Source of the DNA: Mayamaea pseudoterrestris
Lineage: Eukaryota
Direction of reading: 5' to 3'
DNA length: 64,000 nucleotides
Assembly: GCA_027923505.1 (NCBI GenBank)
Contig: BROI01000005.1
Location: forward strand, 372,001-436,000
Shown here one piece after another: positions 49,252 through 58,300 of the stretch (position 1 is its first letter; every line of letters starts with the position of its first letter). The notes under the pieces are model-generated. The model had not been told where the DNA came from. It did not search any database and saw only the letters and a program-made list of their open reading frames with translations. The translations under genes were made by a program, and so were the position numbers.

Positions 49252-49524
49252 AATGGATATGGCGTGTATACGAAACGCCCGTTAACGAGCATGTATTATG
49301 ACTAGACTCAGATTAATTCGCATTCACGCACTCAGACGTTCAAAGGCCTTGATATCAATATTTAGGCTAATACAATAAAATTCAACGGCAATTTTTCGGG
49401 CAAGTCTGCGACCGGAAACACCGGACGGGGAAACGACTCGTCGTCTTACATATCCTTAAGTAATGAACACATTCGTTCAACATATTCCAACGGCCCAAAT
49501 ATTAGTCGAGTGCAAGAATTTAGT

Positions 49525-50310
49525 CTATAGACAACAAGACAAAGCATGCTCCTCTATTTCCCAGTCACTTCCGTCGAATTGATCGAAAAGGCTTATAAAG
49601 TAGTTTACCTGATCAAGTGATATGAACATGAAACCAAATTCGGGAGAGAAGAAGTATTCGCGTCGTGGCATTGTATCATTGCCTGGTATTTGCAATCTTG
49701 TCCAACCGATACCCCATTCTTTACGACAACCAAGCAATCTAAGTGGAAATGTAATCGACCCACCCACTGAAGAGTTTTCGATTGTTGCTAGTCTTGGCCA
49801 ACGCAAATTGACAACCGGAACCTTGTAACGTCGAACAAAATAGTAAGTGTCGGAAGCAACATCCTGTATCATTTCGAACCCCATTGTCACATGGGTCGTC
49901 ATGTAGCGGGATTGTTTCGCGATAGCATCACGAAACCAAGGACTGCGGAAATCGCAAACTCTATCGATTACTTCGTCAATGCTATGGTCAGAATAATCCC
50001 CGGAGATTAGATCCAGTAGATACACTTCGAGACCAGTGCCCTTTCGTCGTAAATTATGCAATATTGTTAATGCGTACGTCCGAAAGACAATAGCATCAAC
50101 ACAGTGATCAGGCAACTCCTCCGCGTATTCATGTAGATGTGACCACAAATAAGCAGGACCACAGTATTTTAGATAACGAAAAAGGCTCAAACGACGCGAA
50201 CGGGCGACTGCAACATGATACAAGTACACTGTAATCCAACGCGGAAATGGTGCGTCATTCGGTGGAAACGGTCGTGTTTGAACGTCAATGTACATAATAC
50301 ACCAAAACAA
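49525..50310 (-). CDS. MBD-like domain protein 2 (divergent)
   Basis: WGIGWTRLQIP...EYFFSPEFGFMFISLDQVNYFI plus family motif HVTMGF...YFVRRY. Confidence 0.7.
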   Translation of the reverse strand: MFWCIMYIDVQTRPFPPNDAPFPRWITVYLYHVAVARSRRLSLFRYLKYCGPAYLWSHLHEYAEELPDHCVDAIVFRTYALTILHNLRRKGTGLEVYLLDLISGDYSDHSIDEVIDRVCDFRSPWFRDAIAKQSRYMTTHVTMGFEMIQDVASDTYYFVRRYKVPVVNLRWPRLATIENSSVGGSITFPLRLLGCRKEWGIGWTRLQIPGNDTMPRREYFFSPEFGFMFISLDQVNYFISLFDQFDGSDWEIEEHALSCCL

Positions 50311-50601
50311 ACAAACAGATCACTCGATTGCTTCATATGATGCTGAGATGCGTTTGATATATCTTGCACTCCTTCAAAACTTATGTCGCTCTAAACGATC
50401 CAATATATCTTACACGAATCCCACCATACGATATGTAACGACTGTACAAGACATCGGGTCGTGCTACTTTACTCATGTAAAAAATTTCGAATCCTTCAAA
50501 TTCAGTCATGTAGAAATACTAACATGTAGATATACGCATAAACAGGATCGAAACGATCCATTTGAATATATCTTCCTACTGTAATTTAAACGTTATGCAA
50601 C

Positions 50602-51381
50602 ATGGACTTACATCCCTTCTTCGGTCCTCCAGTACAATATTACAGACATGGAGAGCCACCCACCGAAATTCGAATGCTGCATGGCTGTAATCTATTAGAT
50701 GTATCGATAGAAGAGCTTCCAGGACCTGATGGAGCATACACACATTGTGCTAACGCATGTCTTTTCGATGCTGCCTTAGCAAAGGCACATTTCGCGAGTA
50801 CAAACGATTGGATTGTCAGTAAAGCCCATAAAATGATAAATTGGCTCATTCAAAATCATCCTATAGATCAGATAACAGAACAAGCATTGGAAGATTTGAT
50901 ATTCAGAGAGTCACCAACATATCATTCTTCGCCCTTTTTCGAGCGCTTTCAATTCATGCTAGATCACGCCAGGATGGGGTTCAAACTTTATTGGAATAGA
51001 GAGGCCTTACGACTTGTGTTAGTTCGATCATTCTGGGCGAAACCTACGGATCAGTTTTCACCCCACCCAGTCATTTCTCACATACGCAACGACGACGAAC
51101 AGACCTGTGAACTAAGTCCAACCATGAACGCGCTAGGCGAATGGCGATCTGATTGGGGAGTTGGATGGGTTACAACAACCATACGCTATCGTAACAGTTC
51201 TCACATACACATATTTTACGCGTCTCCTGAGCTAGGATACCTATTTAGCAGCCACAACGAAGTCGATGCATATATTGCAGTTGTGAAGAGAATTGCAGAC
51301 GAGGACGAGTTACCGGATATCGAAACATCAACACTGTTTGTCATGGCTCAAGGGGAAGTACCAGGAGCAGGAGCAGCCTAG
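50602..51381 (+). CDS. MBD-like domain protein 3 (divergent)
   Basis: WGVGWVTTTIR...IFYASPELGYLFSSHNEVDAYI plus HARMGF...LVLVRSF. Confidence 0.7.
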   Translation: MDLHPFFGPPVQYYRHGEPPTEIRMLHGCNLLDVSIEELPGPDGAYTHCANACLFDAALAKAHFASTNDWIVSKAHKMINWLIQNHPIDQITEQALEDLIFRESPTYHSSPFFERFQFMLDHARMGFKLYWNREALRLVLVRSFWAKPTDQFSPHPVISHIRNDDEQTCELSPTMNALGEWRSDWGVGWVTTTIRYRNSSHIHIFYASPELGYLFSSHNEVDAYIAVVKRIADEDELPDIETSTLFVMAQGEVPGAGAA

Positions 51382-51598
51382 TGGACCGATACGTATAAAT
51401 AAAATTTGCATTGGTAAATATAAGCGATACACCATCGCGACAACAAATCTTCACAATGTCACATGAGTACTTGGAGGACTCAGTCAACTGTTGTCGCCTT
51501 GCTCAGTCGCGATAAATCAATGATTGTTACCGACCCTTTCATAAAACGATCGCATCAATGCCCTAACATAAAATCAATTCTTTACATCAACAAGTAGC

Positions 51599-52135
51599 AT
51601 GCCATCGAAAGGATTCAAGCTCAAACGCGGAACTCCGGAAGTCGGAGACCGAGTTGCGATACACACCAAAAATCCTTCCGACGCGGCGTACAAAAACGGA
51701 GTAGTTGTTATTGTGGAACAGAGACCAAGTTACGAAGCTCATAACAACGACGACAACGAAGATATCGCTGTTCTTAACACTCACCTGGTCGTTGTTTTCG
51801 ACGACGACAAGCGCAAGGAAGATAGCGCATGGTTCAAATGGCACCCCAAGCTCGACCGCCTCATGGTACCTGACAAATCTGTTGATGTAAATCCTCAAGT
51901 AAGTCATTCAATGGGAAATACAATCAGCGGAAAACGCGTCGACGACCGTTGGATCACGACTGCTCATGACAAGAAGCTAAAGACATCGCACAATACTACG
52001 ATCAAAAATGAGATATCCCACGTCGCGCAATCGATCGGCGTTCGTACAGACGACAACGAAGCAAAAGCAAAGGATGAACCAGCAGGTTGGATGAATCGCA
52101 TGGTGTCAAAAGCGAGCAAATTCTTCCATGCTTGA
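51599..52135 (+). CDS. Hypothetical protein with a possible Tudor/SH3-like N-terminal barrel
   Basis: EVGDRVAI...YKNGVV...HLVVVFDDD pattern; possible donor site gtaagt at 51899. Confidence 0.5.
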   Translation: MPSKGFKLKRGTPEVGDRVAIHTKNPSDAAYKNGVVVIVEQRPSYEAHNNDDNEDIAVLNTHLVVVFDDDKRKEDSAWFKWHPKLDRLMVPDKSVDVNPQVSHSMGNTISGKRVDDRWITTAHDKKLKTSHNTTIKNEISHVAQSIGVRTDDNEAKAKDEPAGWMNRMVSKASKFFHA

Positions 52136-52259
52136 AGCAACACACAGAGGGTACTGTTTAGTAGTAGTCTATTAAACAGTCTAAGTATGAGCTTATAGAC
52201 GGGTTGACATCGATAGTTCGAAACTTCCTTTGCCTTTATAGGAACGATTATTCTATCAC

Positions 52260-53141
52260 TCAAGTGCCAGTGCGCTTGCGTTTGCCTTCCTTTTTCGAGT
52301 GACTACTGTCCATTGACTTTCGGAAATGTTGGAATCGAGCGTTACTTAGCGTAAGGGAAACCATGGTGTCCAAAATGTGGCGTCTCTCAAGGTTGCGTCT
52401 TTCTTTCTGACTTGCGTCCAGATTGCTATCTTCGATCAGGCATTGAACGAAGCGAATTCCACCATCCTGCATAAAACGCAGCATGTACTTCTCAATGTTC
52501 GGCAGCTCTACCGGTCGAGTATAACCATCTGTGTTTTGCACTTCCATCCGTCCCGAAAAGCAATCGAAAAAGAAGAATGGCAACATCGTCAATACTTGCA
52601 GGCGTGTTTTGTCATCCGGATACTTTTTCGCGCCGTGGAGTAAACCTTCTAGAGATGAATAGGGCAACAATGGCGGCAACATCGGTTGACGGTTTCGTAA
52701 AGTGACGTCAAACGTACGGCAACAAAAGGCCAAGCCACGCTGAAACACTTCCTCGTACTGGAAATAGAAGCCGATCAGGAAAAGCGTTACCTTGACGAGT
52801 TTGAAAATTGCCATCCCCTCTTCTTCCTCCATTGGATGAAGTTCGATCGCCCGGATTCTTTCGAGAATGTCATGTTCTGTTGTGTCCTTGCGAAAACAGC
52901 TCGTGTCCAGGATGTGGTCGAGAGTGAGTCCACTTGTTCCATGCACCACACTTGTCTGGGTCTCTGATTTTACCATGCTTCCTTTGGTTGACATTCGTGC
53001 TGCAGTTGTCGGTGTTGTGGTTGATAATATTGTGGTTGAACGTTGAACGTGAGTCTGGACTCGCGGTTTTGCTTGAAAGTCGCCGGGGCACGAAGTGCTG
53101 CTACGACGCGAATTCTTAGTGCTGCTACGACATGATTTCAA
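52260..53141 (-). CDS. Hypothetical helical protein, paralog of 53264-54013
   Basis: Shared TLDxILD, ILxRxxAIE, FKLxK, PYxSLEGLLHGA, MLPxFF and MLRFxxDGG; C-terminal NLS-like KKEGKRKR. Confidence 0.7.
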   Translation of the reverse strand: MKSCRSSTKNSRRSSTSCPGDFQAKPRVQTHVQRSTTILSTTTPTTAARMSTKGSMVKSETQTSVVHGTSGLTLDHILDTSCFRKDTTEHDILERIRAIELHPMEEEEGMAIFKLVKVTLFLIGFYFQYEEVFQRGLAFCCRTFDVTLRNRQPMLPPLLPYSSLEGLLHGAKKYPDDKTRLQVLTMLPFFFFDCFSGRMEVQNTDGYTRPVELPNIEKYMLRFMQDGGIRFVQCLIEDSNLDASQKERRNLERRHILDTMVSLTLSNARFQHFRKSMDSSHSKKEGKRKRTGT

Positions 53142-53263
53142 GTGATTTGAAGCGACAGAACGAAATTGTCTAGCATAGTTTATTAGTTAGGGGATTTTTA
53201 GCAATTTACAACATGTAGATTGGACTGAAGGGACATCAATAAGATTACTGAATATTTGCAACT

Positions 53264-54013
53264 TTATCTACCATTGGGGTGTTCATATTTATACACCAGC
53301 TTGGCTGGTTCCTCGTCAAATGTCCTATGCAATTCTGCCATGGTGTCTTTCAGCCCTGGCAGCAGGTCTCCGAAATGTTCGAACCGTGTATTGTCTTCAA
53401 TATATGAAACAATGGCCTCAATCAACCAGAGTCTGCCCGCTCTGGTATAAAAACGTTCACGTTGCTTCATTTTAAATGGTGGAACGTCTCGAAGTAAAAG
53501 GTTCGCTCCACCATCCAGCAGAAAACGCAACATGTCATCCTCTGCGGTCGGAAGCAATTCGTGATCCTTGTCCGGCATCGCATATTCGTATCTATATTCG
53601 TAGAAGAAGTAGGGCAACATCTTCAACACATTCACATGTGTTCCAAAATCCGAATGTCTGGCAGCACCGTGAAGTAGCCCTTCCAGCGATTGGTATGGCA
53701 ACGCTGGCTGCTTGTATCGAAAACATTCCTCGAAAACATAACTGCAGAATTGTACGCCGTTCTTGAACACTTTCTTATAGTGAAAGTAGTGGGTCGTCAG
53801 ATGTAAGGCCAGCTTTGTCAACTTGAATACTATCGCCTCTTTCCCATAGCATGTTTCCTCGAAAAGAGTCTCGATTGCCTGCAACCGCGCGAGTATGATC
53901 TCCTCTGGCGAGTCGTAATGGAAGCCACGTATGTCCAGAATGGCGTCAAGTGTGATATCTACTGATCCTTCTGACGAATCATCATCGCTGTCTTCTCCCC
54001 TATTCGCATTCAT
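53264..54013 (-). CDS. Hypothetical helical protein, paralog of 52260-53141
   Basis: 249-aa ORF with the same motifs. Confidence 0.72.
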   Translation of the reverse strand: MNANRGEDSDDDSSEGSVDITLDAILDIRGFHYDSPEEIILARLQAIETLFEETCYGKEAIVFKLTKLALHLTTHYFHYKKVFKNGVQFCSYVFEECFRYKQPALPYQSLEGLLHGAARHSDFGTHVNVLKMLPYFFYEYRYEYAMPDKDHELLPTAEDDMLRFLLDGGANLLLRDVPPFKMKQRERFYTRAGRLWLIEAIVSYIEDNTRFEHFGDLLPGLKDTMAELHRTFDEEPAKLVYKYEHPNGR

Positions 54014-54429
54014 TTTGTGTGCTAAACACTTCAGTAATGGAAAGAAGGGATTGTTGTTTGTTGGTCGCTCACTATCTCACGATATTTGTGAACGTCAAGT
54101 TTTCTGCGGATCATGATCGTCAACGCTTATCATCAACCCTAACTCGCTACTACACAATCGCGCTATAACGGTACGACAACAATCACGACTGGCACCTCTG
54201 CACGAGCCGGCGCCTTTTCGTCAACTAATTTGGCGACTATAATATAACTTCGTAGCGTATTCCCGCGACAATTATTCGTGCGAACCTCTTTACGTCAACA
54301 ACCGTTGAACACGAAGCAGGATTGATATGCTTCAACGCCACAAAGTAACATCGACCGTTGAAACAACGTTTAGCGAAAGCGTCAGAGAGTAATACTCAAT
54401 CACTTGCATGCCTCATGCAAATATAAGAC

Positions 54430-55297
54430 ATGGAGACCCACATACCTAAAATTCTGTTCCTTGGTGCGTCTTATACTGACATACGACCGTATCTGCAAGC
54501 CATTGACCCGATCGTATCGTGTGGTCAAAATCGGACACTTGAATTGGATCGCGTCATTGCCTGCGTCGAGTATAATCACATTTCGGAAATCGACGGCCGA
54601 GACCTGTCACGGATTGTCGAAACTGAGCGAGAATGTAACGTCGACGTATACACTGTATCCCTTGCGGAAGCAGCAAAATACAAAGAAAGTCGTCACTACA
54701 GCGGTAATTTTAACAACCATCGCTTTGTTTCAAGTTTAAGACGGCATTTTGTCAACGCAGCATTCGATCAGGTGACCTTGGATTATTATTGGCAACCAAA
54801 TTCAGCCATGCGGGAACACATGCGACCTGAGTTTTTCTCGAAAACACTACCCGAGTTAGCGATACATATGCTCAGTCCTCACGCATGTGTCTACCTTCCA
54901 TTCTGCGTTCATACGCTCAAGGAGACTCTGATACACAAGGCTGTACTGTCGCGACACTATACTGTAACATATCTACCAGAAAGCGAATTGGCAGAAGTAT
55001 TTATCTGGCGGGGTACACAAGCAATTGATGGCGACATAATGCAGGAGGTATTCGGAAAGAATAAATCACAGGTAACGAAACGGTAATGTTCAAGTCGAAA
55101 TTCACGCGACGTCTAACCATGTATTTGTTTATTCTCAGGAAGATAAATACTGCAAGATATCAAAGCAAGCAATTCGTCAGGACGACGAATACCCCGAATT
55201 ATCCAACAAGGATGTCATACATTTCTGTCAAACGATCGGCGACCTGAAATCAGTCCGTTTCATCAAACTAGAACGTCATGATACGGACCGCACTTGA
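54430..55297 (+). CDS. Hypothetical protein, possible Rossmann/methyltransferase-like fold (intron 55072-55138)
   Basis: Phase-0 GT-AG intron with ctaac branch site extends the ORF to TGA at 55297; ILFLGASY and FDQVTLDYYW segments. Confidence 0.65.
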
Positions 55298-55366
55298 GCG
55301 AATATATCATACGGAGTACTAATTTTAATTGTGTTATCTTTACATCGAATCGTATGTCTGTATTCG

Positions 55367-58300
55367 TTAATTTACAACACCTTCGAACAAATGCAACACC
55401 TGCTCGTCCGTGGCAAGAACCTTCGTACGAAAATATTCCATCATGTCGAGATACTCTTCGTTAGGTTCAAAATCAAGGTCAACAGGCACAGGTGCCATGA
55501 GAAACAGTCCCGCAAGTGACTTGACACGCGACAACGCAACATAAAACCAGTTCTTCATACCCTTATTTGCCCACTCGACAACAACCAACTCATCCAATGA
55601 TTTACCTTGCAGCTTATGCACTGTAGTCGCATGATTGATGACGACCGGAAACTGCTGAAGCTTTATTCCAACTTCTTTCCTCCGTTGAGACTCTAATCCG
55701 ACATCAAGAGGAAAACGCACCTTATAGTTCTTTCCTTGCGACTCCAAACGAAACCGACCTTGAAAGCGTCCACCGATCCACTTTAACTGTAAGTGGTCAA
55801 CGTCAGCAGCGTCGACCGAGTTGACCCAATATCCGTTAACCTGAATTGGCATTAATCTCACACCGGGACGAAGAACAACCTTGTCAAGTACCGCTGTTGT
55901 TCCATTGGCTATTCCATTCCGGACATCCTTGTTCTGGTTACTCATCAACGGACATCCTTTGTAGAGTTTCAAGAACGGATCGCATCTTGTGTCAGCTGAC
56001 TTGACTTCCGATTCACCGCATTTCTCGAACAATACTTTACGCTGTCCAAAGCACAACTTCTGCTTTGTGCTACTCCATACTGCACCAGCCTTAATAACAA
56101 CAGCAGACAATGGTATGGTTCCAGGCTCGGCGGTTGCATTTGAATGATAGGTAGCTAAATATCGCTCGTATAAATGCTGATTGATAGCATCACGCGACTT
56201 GTTGTAACACACCGCATATTGAATCATATTCGGATTCGATATCTGCAATGGACCCCTTTGAATGTTTTGAGGGTCGTAGCTTCCAACAACTCGAGAGTTT
56301 AACAGACATCTATGCTCATCGGAAAGTCCTGTTTTTCTAAGCGAATCCATAATCTCACCGTAAACTGGATCATTTACGAACCGCCATTTTCCTTCTAGTT
56401 CCACCATACAATTCACCCCCAACCACCAAGGTACGCATGTCTTTTCTCTGTACAAGCTATGTTTTCCGATAGGTTCAAGCTGACGGAAATCGCCCAGCAT
56501 GACAACTGGAAACTTGCCCATCAATGTATCTCGATCTTCCGTTAATTCTCTCAAATTGGAGTCCAAATCCTCAAGGAAGCTAGCATCGGCAAACGAAATC
56601 TCGTCAATTATGATCATTCTCGTGTCCTTAAACGATATTCTACTATCGTTGCTTATATCGCGTTTCTGTACGCCCTTGTGCATGGCGATCTGAAACTCGG
56701 AGTGACTAGTTGTACCTCCAATCTCACACGCTGCTGCACCCGTCAACGCAGTGAGTCTGATAGTGCCTTGAGTAAATTCATGATCAATCATCAAGCTAAA
56801 CGATTTTGCGTAGGTAATGAATTCTTTCAATATCGCCGACTTTCCTGCTCCAGCAGGACCAGTGACAAACAGCCGCAGAGGAGATCCATCGACCGATAGA
56901 GCTCGGCGTGCGAGCATCCTTAACTTGATAATATTCGTCTCGAAGTCTCCTCGCCGTGCATCATTTTCTTTCCAGTCATTTCGGGCCTCTTCCATGAAAC
57001 TCAAGACATATGTTGAAGCCAAAATATGAAAACACATCTGCTGTTTCTTGTCAAGTCCACAAGCTATGCTCCAATCAACGATAGATTTCCAGCTTCCACT
57101 AGCTATTACACCATTATTAATGGGTTCCACAATTAGTAATGGTGTAGCTTCGTTTTCGATATCCGCTGCATGATCAGTTGACAAATCATTGAATTTAGAA
57201 AACACGATGCTGTTCAGCTCCGATGTACACGAAACAAAACGCGTTGCATTCACTGTTGTGTGTTCAGGTTCAGAGACAGCAGATGTTGACGAGTCGAAAT
57301 GCAAAAGTGGTTCCGATTGAATGTCGCTCGAAAATGTTCCAGCTGTGCATTGCAAATTAATCTCCGGTGGCAATTCCTGACTGAAATTAAACGAGACAGG
57401 CTCTGCTTCCAAACCTTGAAACGCACTACTCGCGAGATATTGGTATAATTTGGCCATCTGCTGGTGACGTTGCATATTGTCGAATTCCTGATTGTCAATT
57501 TCTGAAGGACCAGATTCAGCGAGTTCAGTTTCCAAGGATACTAAATTAGGTGGAACCTGCGACGCATGCGAATTAGCCAAGGAAACTATATGATCAGCAA
57601 TTGTAAACATTTCGTCACTTATTTGTCCAGATTTCTTCGCTTCCAAGAACGTTGCTTGATAAGTACCAAGACTGGTCATGTCGCCTAAGGACCTGAAGGG
57701 CAGAAACAGAATCATAAATTTGAAACAATATTCCTCCTTGCTCTTAAAATCAGGGCTTGTTTCGTCGGGGTCAGTATGAAGAGACGTCAGAAAAGAAGAT
57801 GTATTACCCAACCAAGACCATGAAAATACAGGAACGGCCTTGACACCCTTACGCATAACAACCGACTGACACTCTGCCATCGGATGAGATTCGAGTAACT
57901 CGTATCGTTCCTCCATGACATCAAGTTTACTTGTTGCAACCACCTGGTATCCCTCGAAATAAGAATAGAGACATTCGTTCTCACATGTAACAGGTCTATG
58001 CAAATAATCAAGGGCTTTGTGGGTAATGTACGTTTTCTTGTTCCGTGTCTTGTAACTCATTATGACAAACTCGTTCTCCAACATCTTTTGCAGCCCATAA
58101 CATGGCAAATAGACGGCATCATGCGAATACTGAAAGCGCGACCCAACTAATGCAAGGTGCCGCGCCATAGGTGCAGCAACAATATGTGTACCAGTGTGGC
58201 TATAAATCCCCGCAAGCAAACGGCGAAATCCAACGCGATGGTCATCAGAAAGCGGATCCTCGAGTGTCTGATCGCGCTGAAGCATCCTGCATATTACCTG

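Larger units (their letters stand above)
30439..49301 (+). repeat. Head-to-tail tandem duplication of ~9.4 kb (copy 1 30439-39848; copy 2 39846-49301)
   Basis: Near-identical ORFs at an offset of ~9.4 kb (e.g. 33511-34236 vs 42907-43632); junction gcatgtatta-TGA-gtatgaaatgcacg with TGA microhomology. Confidence 0.95.

Noticed and set aside
55367..57100. Host PIF1 helicase gene
   Set aside because: The helicase is fused in one ORF to an HUH Rep domain, which is the Helitron architecture
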